From assembly GCA_024704765.1 (NCBI GenBank), contig JAKMXF010000311.1:62001-126000 (forward strand): DNA of 64,000 nt. The letters run 5' to 3'. This DNA is from Oopsacas minuta. Taxonomy: Eukaryota > Animalia > Porifera. Of this stretch, positions 1 to 10,859 are shown in pieces; within the stretch, counting starts at the first letter, position 1, and every line of letters starts with the position of its first letter. The translations under genes and the position numbers were made by a program. Under the pieces are notes generated by a model, which had not been told where the DNA came from, did no database searches, and saw nothing but the letters and a program-made list of their open reading frames with translations.

Positions 1-1029
1 TTTCACTCCTAGATTCTTTAAATGTTTACAATAATACTCAGTGAGATCACGAGTGAGACAATACACAATACAAGGACCCCCAAAACTATATTTTTCTGGA
101 AGAGATGGTGAGTTCGCATTGCGAAGCAGCTTTTTCATATCATGATCAATGCCTTGCTTGTTATGCACTTCAAAATACAGATTAGGCCGATTGAGTTTTA
201 TTCTATGTAGCTTTGTATTCTTTAAAGAAAGAGATTGAATGATGTCTTTAGTTACAAAATTACCAGCTGTAGCTGTAAGGGCTAAAAACGGTACATCTGA
301 GAGCCATTCACGAAGCAGTGACAACCTACCATACTTCGGACGAAAATCATGCCCCCAACATGAAACACAATGTGCTTCATCTATTGCTACTAAACATATG
401 CGTACTTTACTATGTAGATCTAGTATAAATTCTTGTCCTCTGTTTATACAAAGTTCTGGCGTAATATACGCAATGTTAAATTCACTATTAAATAATCGTG
501 CTAATGTTTTACCAGATTTAATACTAGTAGGAGAAAGTATCACAGCAGATATTCCTGATTCGGTCATGAGACGGAATTGGTCCAACATTAAAGATTTCAA
601 TGGACTAATTACCAAAGCTAGAGAATTAGTATAGACTGGTACGAATTGATAGCATATACTTTTACCAAATCCACTTGGGGCTATAAAGAATTGATCGATA
701 ATTTTAGAAGGATCCCTACTACTGTTAAGGTAATCTAGGATTACACTGATAATCTTCCATTGTTTTGCTCTAAATTCGTTGTGATTAAATTTTGACTTGA
801 GAACTTCAAGATGAGATTGATTTGGGGGAAAATGGGGGGGACTTGGTTGAGTTGTTTGGTTTGGCAAGCAAGCTGTTTGAGTGGTAACTTGACAATTATC
901 CGCTTCAGTAGTTAGTGATAGTTGCGGGATATTCTCACAGTCTATATTATCATAATCTGATTCACTACCTAAAACATCATCTTCGTAATATACATCAGGG
1001 CTTGATAATATCTCATCATCATCATCCAT
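1..1029 (-). CDS. WRN/RecQ-family helicase paralogue, 5' part (ORF runs off the left window edge)
   Basis: ATG at 1029; frame read at the start (MDDDEILSSPD...HLEVLKSKFNHNEFRAKQWKII) and at the window end (...GPCIVYCLTRDLTEYYCKHLKNLGVK), both in the same phase. Contains Walker A APSGFGKS, LVISPL, DEAHCVSCWGHDFRP and ALTATA. Collinear with the 5907-8750 protein. Absent from the ORF track because it has no stop inside the window; ORF 239..634 is its antisense shadow. Confidence 0.9.
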   Translation of the reverse strand, partial: MDDDDEILSSPDVYYEDDVLGSESDYDNIDCENIPQLSLTTEADNCQVTTQTACLPNQTTQPSPPHFPPNQSHLEVLKSKFNHNEFRAKQWKIISVILDYLNSSRDPSKIIDQFFIAPSGFGKSICYQFVPVYTNSLALVISPLKSLMLDQFRLMTESGISAVILSPTSIKSGKTLARLFNSEFNIAYITPELCINRGQEFILDLHSKVRICLVAIDEAHCVSCWGHDFRPKYGRLSLLREWLSDVPFLALTATAGNFVTKDIIQSLSLKNTKLHRIKLNRPNLYFEVHNKQGIDHDMKKLLRNANSPSLPEKYSFGGPCIVYCLTRDLTEYYCKHLKNLGVK

Positions 1030-1055
1030 TACCAACTATTCAAATAAGTTATTAA

Positions 1056-1579
1056 TCTATATTATTAAATTGTCATTTTTGCCTATTTGTTTGTTTGTTT
1101 GCCCGTTGTCAAGGGAAGGATTTATGGAATGTTGTATCTAATTCGAATTTATCAATATAGAGATGTCGCCTAACTATGTATTTATCGTGTATAACAGAAA
1201 GTATTAAAACTTGACCAATATATCGAATGTGCTGAATCTGATTTTCACACTTTTGAATTAATCATATGTAAAATTATTGTTGTTTTTATGAATATAAAGT
1301 AAACAAATAGTTGAAATCTTAAAATGTACTTAGAGACTTGCTCTTATCGGCTACATGGGGGTAACATAGTACGCTGAATCTGAATTTCGGGTTTTCAAGT
1401 TTCTCATATGTAAACTTTTGGTGTTTTTATTAATATATAGTAGACAAATAGTTGAAATATTTATGTATTAATTCATTTTGCAATTTTATACTTTGTAAAT
1501 TCGAGGCACGAAGTGTCGAGTCCTATACGGACACAAAATGTTCGCAAGCCGCGCAGCGGCGAGTAAGCAAAGAGACTCG
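1056..1579 (+). mobile_element. Non-autonomous Helitron-like element, copy 1
   Basis: 5' A|TCTATATTATTAAAT, a (TTTG)n tract near the 5' end, an internal ~90-bp duplication (GCTGAATCTGA... at ~1231 and ~1373), a subterminal GC hairpin GCCGCGCAGCGGC and a 3' end GACTCG|T. The termini are shared with 57946-58409. Confidence 0.6.
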
Positions 1580-2086
1580 TTAATAATTAATGCATATCTA
1601 TGATTAATGGCATACACTCATTCTAACTCTCGTATGCGGAAAATCAATTTAGTACAATGAGGGGAAAGAATTGAGGATAAGCAGTTTGGAGATCGATGCA
1701 CCTAATAAAATTGAGCATTGTATATTCATATGTTCAACCTGTTTACATATATAGCAAGACAGCTCCAAAATAATAGGAAACCTATTTAGTTCCCTAAAAT
1801 TTGGGGGCTATTATAGCCCACCCGGTTGTATATGCCCCTTCGATTAATGCATTAAAAGACATCACTTATATTACGTTTAGTTAGGAAAATAATCAATTAA
1901 TTTAGATTTTTGTATAATACTCAAATTACCCAATAAAAGGTACAGTCAATTTTGTCTATATGACTATATCTAATACTAATAATATAGGGCATATACTAGG
2001 AAAGAGAAGAATTCTAAAAATTCTCAAAAGTATCAAATTATACTGTATGATGTACTAAATTACATAACTATGTAAGTATCAGTGAC

Positions 2087-2403
2087 CAGAGCATTAAAGA
2101 AGCGATCTCAATATATGATTCAGGAGCGGAAAGCGAAGCTGTGTTCCATTTTTGGAGGAGCGCACACACTGCAGCGCCTCTCCTATATAATGCAAATTAT
2201 TACTTATCATACAAATCTAATGTATATCTGAAAGGACAATAGGAGCAAGATTTGAGTGCTCTATAATTTTTCAGGAGTGATAGCGTGCGATCCTTTTCTA
2301 TGTAAGGAACGAGGGTGGGAGCGGGGATGGAGCGTCGCTCCATTTAAAGGCTAGGAGCGCGGAGTGGGAACAAGCTCTAAAAATGAGGAGCGCTAATGCT
2401 CTG
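2087..2403. mobile_element. hAT-like MITE
   Basis: TIR CAGAGCATTA...TAATGCTCTG, internal GGAGCG repeats, degenerate 8-bp flanks TCAGTGAC/CCAGTGAT. Confidence 0.55.
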
Positions 2404-2885
2404 CCAGTGATTGCCTGATATACCTATCAGTACGAGTGCTAATAAGGTTGGAGGCAATAATCCTGTACGCAAACAATGTGTTCATTATACAGAATTTTCA
2501 CAGAGCGAATTAGCAGATCCTATCACATTAACATTAACTACTACTATTATCATGCAGGTATAAAAGAATGTTAAAAAAGCTATTTGAAGTATGTTATATA
2601 GTAGAGGTGGTGCGGGCATCAAATTTGTCACACCTTGTACGCTCTACACTAAGCCAAACCAAATGGCAAAGTTTTCATCGGCAAAATATTCTTTTACCTG
2701 GGACTAAGTGTATTATAATTGCTTATGATTGCAATCTCCGAATAAAATCTTGTAGGCCGATAATTTTGTTATTGAATATTGATATGGCTCTAAAATAACT
2801 TTCCTATTTACTATGTATGTACTTAAACGGTTTCAAGTCCTTGTATATTACATATATCAGTAATTAATTCATTAAATTATCCCTA

Positions 2886-4215
2886 TTGGTAACATATTAT
2901 GAATTTCCAGGAGATTCCAACATACTTTCAGTATTTTCAGGCTATTTTGGAGTATTAACAGCAGCATTTTTAATTCGGTTCACTTCTCCAACTCAAAAAC
3001 AATTATTGGAAGAAAATATTCTGAATTACCAGACTTTGCCAATATTTGCATCAATTTCATATATCACAAGAATAGTGGGTGTAATCTCTGCCCCTATTCT
3101 TGTTCAATTTGGCTTTAATCAAAAGTTGCTAGTTACACTATGTTACGTGATTGGTGTAACAGGGCATATGGTGATAGTCATACCGAATTCAGCTGTGTAT
3201 GTGATTATAGGTGTAGCACTAGTAGGGTATTATACAGGGGTTGCTGTGATATTCATATTTACCTATATGGCAGAGGTAAGTTTGGATAATCAGAGAAAGG
3301 TTATGAGTGGAGGATTCGGATTCAGCATTAGAATAGGATTGTTCATAGTATATTTCGCAGGAATTTGGCTGTCTTTCAGATGGTTTGCAGTATTTGGATT
3401 ATTTCAAGTATGTTTGTATTGTCTTTCGATTGTCATAAATCCTCTTTCACCTGTATGGTATGTGAAACAAAGTTTAGATGATAAAGCTAAATCAATTCTC
3501 TTGTATTTACATGGTAGTGAGTTTGTTGCAGATACTGAAATACAGAAGATTAAGGGGAAGACACTGAGTAGGTCAAATTAGTTGGATTAAAAGTTTCAGA
3601 GCACTGAAAGACTGGAAAGTATTGAAACCTATTATCATATTGTCTGTATTAGCAGTACTGAAAGAGTTAGGAGGTCATGAAGCTATGGTATCATTCTCTT
3701 CTCATATTCTAGAGAATCAACAAGTAATGGGTCCTAAAGTAGTATCTCTCTTCTATCCAATATTCTTGATTATTGGAGCAACAGTATGTATCCTAATTAT
3801 GAATTGCTGCAAATTGAAATTGCTCTTGATAATCGCGTCTGTTCTCCCAGCCACTTCTCACATCTCTATGGCAATCTATTATCTATTATCTGAGCACTAT
3901 CTATACTGTAATACAGAATACTCACAATTATGTCATACATTAGCATTTTGGCCAATATTCACTATTGCTTTATTTTCGTTGTCATATGGGTTCGGCTGGG
4001 GGCTCGTATTCTACTCACTTATGAGGATGATGTTTACAGTGCACAAGGAGTTCTCTCTTTCCATCAGTGGCATATTTACCAACATTTCTGCCTTCTTTGT
4101 TGTGTTTATCTTTTTCTACTTGCTTCACAATATTGGAGGATTTTTCACCTTCCTAATATTTGCCATTAATTATCTATTTGCATGTATTTACGTGTATTTC
4201 TTCATCGATATCTAA
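2886..4215 (+). pseudogene. MFS sugar-porter (SLC2/TRET1-like) transporter, frameshifted and 5'-truncated
   Basis: ORFs 2886-3581 and 3622-4215 encode successive hydrophobic helices with sugar-porter motifs (YMAEVS..R, P.SP.WY, FSLSYGFGWG). One extra A at ...TCAAATT... (~3585) would fuse them (SRSK-ISWIKSFRALKDWKVLKP). No in-frame ATG, and a TAA at 2865 upstream. Pseudogene or sequencing indel. Confidence 0.7.
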
Positions 4216-5298
4216 TTTATAGATTCTATTATGATTAAATTTTTCTCAAATCCCTTTTAACTGATTACAGTCGAAGTGTTACGTTCGTAATGAAAAGGAA
4301 CACCAAATTTTTACCACATCGTTTTAACCAATTCCCGCACCGGAAAAAGAGAATTTAACACCTTATTGACGTCATAAAATCACACAATTTCCCGGCAGTA
4401 TTCGGTTTAATACACAATATTCCTAAAAATATATTTTTTGTATGTATTTGGAAATCCATCAATTGCAATCGAATTGATAGAAAATGTAGCAATCGGTCAA
4501 TCGAAAATTATGTGATTGGATTGGCAACTCTGCTCCGGATATAGTGGTTCAGTAATAGATAAATGGACCGGAAATGGCCGCAGGAGCAGCGCCAGGGTTT
4601 GGTGAACAAAGGGGCGGGACACGCTTTCTCGCAGAGTCCAAGTTTGTTCGCTATAACAATTCAATTGCTCAAGTTTTTGCCTTATAAAGCCAGAAAAATG
4701 TCACATTGTGCTTTGGATCAAAGCGGTTTATCGAGCTGCGCCAAATTGTCATCGAAAGACATTGCGGAATTGAAACAATATTGTATGGCTATTATATTAA
4801 CATATTATTCACTGTTGTAGTCTTACAATAGTTGTCAAAAGATATAGACGTAAGTTGTATAATACGGGTATAACATACAATACGCTATACATGATCTATT
4901 TGAAGGTATTATATATTAAACGTCTAGGATAACCTAGAAATATCAGATTTTGACACTGTTAGACTTGTATAAGTCACATTATTATCAAGTATTTTATAAG
5001 GTCAACTATGCTGAGATTTCTCATTAACAATTGAGAATACTGTTTTGCATAAATATGCAAAAATATATTGTGTGACGTATGTAACTATGCAAGTATCAGT
5101 AACCATCCACCATTACTAGTGCTTTAATCATTTTTCCTGTTGACATCAATCCTGTAGGTAAACATTCGAATTATGTGGCGTTGAAGAGCTTTCGCAGTTT
5201 AAGAGTATTATTACATAAACATGAAACTCTAGTCTATTTGGAGTACTGGTAAATAATTGCATAAATACTAAAAAGGAGGATTGCGCATGTTGTAAATT

Positions 5299-5371
5299 AC
5301 CACTAGATGGGGATCGAACCCACTACCCTTTGTATGTGAAACAAATACTCTCCCAAATGAGCTACAAGCGA
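5299..5371 (-). tRNA. tRNA-like cloverleaf, anticodon CAC (Val), atypical acceptor stem; possible pseudogene or SINE head
   Basis: Minus strand TCGCTTG TA GCTC ATTTGGGA GAGT A TTTGT TTCACAT ACAAA GGGTA GTGGG TTCGATC CCCAT CTAGTGG T (73 nt). Perfect anticodon stem, A-box and B-box, and a T5 run ~25 nt downstream. The acceptor stem has one T:T mismatch and two G:U pairs. Confidence 0.65.
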
Positions 5372-5906
5372 AGTAACAACAATACTTAGCCTCCTTAAAA
5401 TAACCATCTCTTAAATGGTATTAATACCCTCCTATATAATGAAAGTACATGTTATGGTTGAGTTTAAATATAAGGAAAACCTTACCGAATTATTGTTATG
5501 TTAAATATAAAACATTTATCCTTAATAATTACAAAGATAATAAAATAGTAAGTATTGTCTCATGGCCAAGGTTAAATTGGAAATAGGATTTGTATTTGTA
5601 ACTCATATCCTCATTATCCTGGTATACTTTATTGTACCATATGTCCATAATTTGGTCAAATGTTGGCATAATCGCTATATTAGAGGTGATCAAGGGCGGC
5701 AAAGTGCTCTTGTAATACGTAATTAATAACTACGTAACAAAATTGAATTTATGACGAATAACGCTGAATAATAGCTAATATAAACAATTCCATATTGCAA
5801 TTGCAATCTATTAAATAAGTGAGAAATGTAAAATCGCAATGCAACGAGCCAACGCTCGGGAATAAAAATCGTGAAGTGTGGAATTCAGGTTGATTATTAA
5901 AAACCA

Positions 5907-8750
5907 CTAGAGCCAATTAGGTAATTTTCTCTTCTTTGGTCTCGATTCAGAGGATTCCTTGGTAGCACCACCTACTTGAGTCTCAGGATACACACTAATC
6001 TGTGATGAAAAATTGGGTTTCACTGTTAAAGTACTACTGTTACGTTCCAAAAGTGGTAATGAAGTCTGTGAAGTGTTAGAACTAGTTTGAATGTGTTGAG
6101 AAAGTTGCTGGGTTGTCGGTATAATTACATTCATCCCAAAGGTAATACGAATTAGTGTAAGTGACATATCAATCATCCATTCTGGTAAATGTTTCAATAA
6201 ATCTTTGATTTTATTCGTCATTGAGAGGTCAGAATTGATAGGTGGAGCCCTTACTACATCTAAAATTAATCTCTCAATGCCTTGATCCAACCCTAGTTTC
6301 CGATAATCAACAAGATACCCAGCGTCTAATGCTTGATTCAGACAGGAGTACACGATATCACTGGTCATTGAGTAATGCTCACATATTTCCGCAATACTTA
6401 ACCTATCTTTGGAATATCTCTCATACACAGCTAGATTCAATCCATCGAGGTCGGGGTTGGCTACAGTTCGTTTTTTAAGTGGAGATCTTTCAAGTGTAAC
6501 TTGCGCTTTAGTAAATGAATCAGCTTTCATTTCTGGATTTTCAACGCAAAAATTCTTGATTTCTTCTAAAAATGCCTCTCCATATCTGTTGCAGAATATA
6601 TGAGATACAAGATCTATCTGTTTGAGGTTTTCAATATTAGATGGCCTTATTGTGGCTAGATTAGTGGCTAGTCTGTTGGAACATATCATGTAGGGAGCAC
6701 AATCAAATTTAGAAGCTAACTGATTTCTCACAACTAGTAGTCTTAGGTATAGATTTTGCTGCATTTGCTCTTGTTCTGGTGTCAATTCGTCTTGTGAAGA
6801 TTCCTCACTTCTTTTAACTAATTCGTAAGACATTTCATTTGATATTTGAGGTAATAGTAGAGAACTTTGATAAACTGTGTTAGTATTAATTTGTACAACT
6901 TTATAAGATGGCAGATTAGAGGTAGATGGTTTTGAGGGATATGATATAGTTGAGTGACCAGTTGCCTTGTCCATTTCCGGTGTAGGGATAAGTTTAACAT
7001 AATCTGACTTACCAATTTCACAATTTGCAAGGAAATCTTTAGCTTTTTGACTGATGGAAATTGTAGAACCATATCCATGGCTAACTGGCTTGATATCTAG
7101 GTATGATTCGTATTGAAGTAGTCTACCAAAAGCCATCCACCATTTATAATTTCTATTTTTGCCAGTACCATATAGGTGATGTGACTTCAGCCATTCGGAC
7201 GTTTGTGAAGACCCAGTTAACAAGTATGCATGCTGTCCAACACCAACTCTACCATCACGACAACGAACAGACTCCAGTAATAATTTAGCTTCTTGAGTGA
7301 AATCTCTTGTTTTATCAGCGTTGAATGTGTTTAATCCTGTCTTCTTTTCTCGTAGCTTCCGAGTACAAAAATCGCAACAGTGAATTTCTTCATCAGGGTT
7401 ATAGACTTCATCAAAATGTTCCAATAGTTGCTGTCGTCTACAACTACATGAACAAAGAAACTTTTCCATTTTTTGCATCATTTTTGCACGATGCTCCTTC
7501 AATGATGCATTCCAGTCAAGACCGCTAAGAACAATGCGTTGTAGAATGTTGAAATCTTTAGCTGAGTAAAATACAACACATCTACAAGGTAGACCATCCC
7601 TCCCTGCACGTCCTGCCTCCTGCATGTAACTTTCCATTTCTCTCGGGGCTCCGTAATGTATAACCAATCTAATATCAGGTTTGTCTATGCCCATGCCAAA
7701 TGCAACAGTCGCTATAATACATTCAATTTCATCACGAACGAAATTATTATGTATTTCTCTACGTCTTTTTGGAGTCAATCCAGCATGGTAATAATCACAT
7801 TTTACCCCCATGTTGCTCAAGACACCACTCACCTCTTCTGTTGCATTCCTACTAATGCAATATACAATACAAGAACCATTGAATGTGTATTTCTTCAAAA
7901 GAGAGGATGGATTATCGCTATGTAGTAACATCTTCATGTCAGTTTCAATATCTTTAGATTTCTGATGAATTTCAAAGTACTGATTTGGACGGTTAAGTGT
8001 TGAAGTACGAATAGCTGTGTTTCGAAGTGACAATCGTGAAACAATATCTTTTCTAACCAACTCGCTAGCTGTAGCTGTTAATGCTAAAAATGGTACCTCT
8101 GGTAACCATTCTCGAAGTTGTGACAATTCCCCATACTCCGGCCGAAAATCATGTCCCCATGATGAAACACAATGTGCTTCGTCAATAGCTACCAAACATA
8201 TAGGAACTTGCTTGTGTAAGTTTGCAATAAATTCAGGTCCAGCATTTATACAATATTCAGGTGATATATATAACAATCTAAATTCATTCTGATAGAGACG
8301 ACTTAAGGCTAGAGAAGAATTCTCCTGTCCAGATCCGAGGAAAATAGCCGGAATGCCACGCATTTCCATCAAGCGAACTTGGTCCTGCATCAATGAAATC
8401 AAAGGACTAATCACCAGTGCTAGAGATTGCTTATAAACTGGCACAAATTGGTAACAAAGACTCTTACCAAATCCAGTAGCCATTACAATACACTGATCTT
8501 GAAGCATTGAGCTCGGGCGAGAATAATTATCAAGGATGGTACTGATGACTGTCCATTGGGTAGGCTTAAATTGACTGTGACCAAATTCTGATTTTAAAAC
8601 CCTCAAATGATCCTGATTGGGATGTGAATTATCTGAAGTGAGTATTGGTTCGGGTGATAGAGTGGATTTTTTAAGTGAATAAATGGGGTCATCATCGTCG
8701 TCATCAAGCATGAATGATTCAATATCCAAGTTGATAAATTCATGTGCCAT
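5907..8750 (-). CDS. WRN: Werner-syndrome-type RecQ helicase (helicase core, RQC Zn/winged helix, HRDC, C-terminal HTH, NLS) without an exonuclease domain; intronless, 947 aa
   Basis: MATGFGKS, DEAHCVSSWGHDFRP, ATVAFGMGIDKPD, QEAGRAGRDG, CRR..H..CCDFC, HRDC-like LYLRLLVVRNQLA, and a C-terminal KKRKLPNW resembling the WRN nuclear localisation signal. Confidence 0.9.
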   Translation of the reverse strand: MAHEFINLDIESFMLDDDDDDPIYSLKKSTLSPEPILTSDNSHPNQDHLRVLKSEFGHSQFKPTQWTVISTILDNYSRPSSMLQDQCIVMATGFGKSLCYQFVPVYKQSLALVISPLISLMQDQVRLMEMRGIPAIFLGSGQENSSLALSRLYQNEFRLLYISPEYCINAGPEFIANLHKQVPICLVAIDEAHCVSSWGHDFRPEYGELSQLREWLPEVPFLALTATASELVRKDIVSRLSLRNTAIRTSTLNRPNQYFEIHQKSKDIETDMKMLLHSDNPSSLLKKYTFNGSCIVYCISRNATEEVSGVLSNMGVKCDYYHAGLTPKRRREIHNNFVRDEIECIIATVAFGMGIDKPDIRLVIHYGAPREMESYMQEAGRAGRDGLPCRCVVFYSAKDFNILQRIVLSGLDWNASLKEHRAKMMQKMEKFLCSCSCRRQQLLEHFDEVYNPDEEIHCCDFCTRKLREKKTGLNTFNADKTRDFTQEAKLLLESVRCRDGRVGVGQHAYLLTGSSQTSEWLKSHHLYGTGKNRNYKWWMAFGRLLQYESYLDIKPVSHGYGSTISISQKAKDFLANCEIGKSDYVKLIPTPEMDKATGHSTISYPSKPSTSNLPSYKVVQINTNTVYQSSLLLPQISNEMSYELVKRSEESSQDELTPEQEQMQQNLYLRLLVVRNQLASKFDCAPYMICSNRLATNLATIRPSNIENLKQIDLVSHIFCNRYGEAFLEEIKNFCVENPEMKADSFTKAQVTLERSPLKKRTVANPDLDGLNLAVYERYSKDRLSIAEICEHYSMTSDIVYSCLNQALDAGYLVDYRKLGLDQGIERLILDVVRAPPINSDLSMTNKIKDLLKHLPEWMIDMSLTLIRITFGMNVIIPTTQQLSQHIQTSSNTSQTSLPLLERNSSTLTVKPNFSSQISVYPETQVGGATKESSESRPKKRKLPNWL

Positions 8751-8830
8751 TGAATAAAATCTGTGGAGAACTAATATAAATTGAAAAATCCTGACAAAGG
8801 AAGGTAGTTTTAATAGAGCATTAAGGCGTA

Positions 8831-8989
8831 CAGTAGAACCTGCATAAACCGATGCCTGTATAGTACAGAAGACCTCTAAAATTCCAGTGTTTCTGATCTG
8901 AAATAACGTCGATGGTAATACAAATTCACCTGCATAATCCGACTAAATTTTCATATCCCAACGAGTGTCAGTTTATGCAGGTTCCAATG
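8831..8989. mobile_element. pogo/Tigger-like MITE, family A copy 1
   Basis: TA|CAGTAGAACCTGCATAAAC...GTTTATGCAGGTTCCAATG|TA; related copies at 10706-10859 and 36821-36915. Confidence 0.7.
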
Positions 8990-9017
8990 TATATCTATAT
9001 AAATAACAGTATTTGTA

Positions 9018-10512
9018 TTTGATGGGAAATTCTATAATCGTCGGTAATAAGAAACTGGTACATTTTTACCAGAATAAATGTACAGGGTGACAATTAAGTT
9101 CTGATAAATAGTTCCGATAGATCTGATACGTTTCAAATGTATTATATTACCATTTCTATCATTTATATTCTAACATATGTCATTCTGTTATGCTCAAAGA
9201 GTAATCTAAATCTATATATGCATAAAGTCAGAAATTTCAACGTGGAAGTAAAGAGGTCAAAAATTATCTCATTATTTATGACTGGGAGCACACAGAGCGA
9301 GATTTTGGAAAAGCTGACAAGTGAAAAGATCAACAGATTATTCATCTATCGTACTATTAAACGATATAACGATACCAAAAGTGTGGAGGACAAGCTTCGT
9401 TCTGGCCGACCGACTACAGTTCGTACGAGAGCACTAAGGGAAAAACTCCGCTGTAAAATCGGCCGAAATCCCAGGCGGTCAATCCGGAAGATGGCAGGGA
9501 GTACTCTGTTAATCGCGAAACATTGCGAAAGGTGATACATGAGGGCCTGAGACTTAAATCACTCTAACGGCAAACAGTTCATCATTTCATTCCCACTCTT
9601 CGGGTAAAAAGACTTGAATGGTGCAAAAGGCTTCTGCGGCGCCTCGTAAATGAAGATTATGAACAGATATTGTTTTCGGACGAAAAGATTTTCACGATAG
9701 AAGAAGCAACTAACCGTCAAAATGATAGAATTATTGCGTCCTCATGCAAAGACATCCCTGAGAGCATTAAAATCATCGATCGAGTGCAAAGACCGCTTTC
9801 TGCGATGGTCTGGGCTGGGGTGTCCGCAGATTCTCGGACAAAGTTGATTTTTGTCCCACAAGGGGACAAAATTAACTCGCAAACATATAGAGATTTGATT
9901 CTTGAGCCTGTAATCAAATCTGCTGGTTCATCCTTGTTCAAAAACACACCCTGGATATTCCAGCAGGACTCTGCGCCAGCGTATGCCTCGAAAGCAACTC
10001 AATCCTGGATTTAGGGGAAAATATTGACTTTTTGTCCAAGGAAGAATGGCCTCCTTCAAGTCCGTATTTGAATCCACTTGACTATTCCGTCTGGGGGACT
10101 TTACAGAGCAGAGCCTGCGCTACTCCGCATAGAAATTTGGAATCTCTGTGGAAGGCTTTGATTACAGAATAGGAGAAAATTCCGCAAGAAGAACTCAGTA
10201 AATCTGTCCAACGGTTTCAAGGACGACTTAAAGCTGTAGTAAAGGCAAAAGGCGGTTATATCGAATAGAATTGGAAAGGAAGATTTAGTATAATATGCTT
10301 TAATTGTCAGTGAAAATTTAGATTGAAAGAATAACTAGTTAGGAAAAACCAGAGTATATTCGTGTATCAGAACTTAATTGTCACCCTGTATTATTGCTAA
10401 ATAAGAATTTAGAAATGTGGCTTTTGTGGATTCTTACATATCAATAATACATTTATTCAGGTGAAAATGTATAAGTTTCTTATTATCGGCGATTATAGAA
10501 TTTCCCATCAAA
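9018..10512. mobile_element. ~190-bp foldback (hairpin) MITE split by the maT insertion
   Basis: The left arm TTTGATGGGAAATTCTATAATCG...AATAAATGTA (9018-9082) plus TTATTG..TAAGAAT (from 10391) is the reverse complement of ~10430-10512, leaving a ~21-nt loop once the inner element is removed. Confidence 0.75.
9083..10388 (+). mobile_element. Tc1/mariner superfamily transposon, DD37D (maT) type; transposase disrupted
   Basis: Perfect 24-bp TIRs CAGGGTGACAATTAAGTTCTGATA (9083-9106 / 10365-10388) and TA target duplication. Transposase fragments: HTH with SGRPTTVRT, FSDEKIF, QQDSAP and WPPSSPYLNPLDYSVW. Restoring one missing base gives 37 residues between the second and third Asp. Internal stops and frameshifts. 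Confidence 0.95.
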
Positions 10513-10705
10513 ATATATCCACTTCTCTTATCCCTGGTCCAAAGTAGTGATCAGGCCTTATCTCTATTTATCTTAAGTATCTAATTTCACTGAATTCTCT
10601 GAACTTGTCTTAACATTTTCAAAAGTTCAACTACAGTGAAAATCTATCTGAATGTAATTGATACCAAATGATATAGGCTGTAATGGAAAATGATTCTATG
10701 TAGTA

Positions 10706-10859
10706 CAGTAGTGGAACCAGCATACATCGATAATCCGACAGTGTTTCGGATCTGAAATCGCTCCCACGACAATACAAATCCACCTGCATAATCCGACAAT
10801 TTGCTAAACCGGCCAAATTTTCATGTCCTAACTTGTGTCGGTTTATGAAGGTTCCACTG
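10706..10859. mobile_element. pogo/Tigger-like MITE, family A copy 2
   Basis: Shares CACCTGCATAATCCGAC, AAATTTTCAT and GTTTATG.AGGTTCCACTG|TA with 8831-8989. Confidence 0.65.

Noticed and set aside
239-634. 131-aa plus-strand ORF, and the similar ORF 8017..8292
   Set aside because: Antisense shadows of the two WRN-like helicase genes; their mutual similarity only reflects the minus-strand paralogy.
2568-2798. 76-aa ORF upstream of the MFS transporter
   Set aside because: No transporter-like helices and no convincing splice link to 2886.
6242-7925. Several short ORFs overlapping WRN (likewise those overlapping the zinc-finger, TBL3, Ig-receptor, CHMP2A, caspase and kinase genes)
   Set aside because: Alternative-frame or antisense by-products of long coding regions, with no motifs or independent support.
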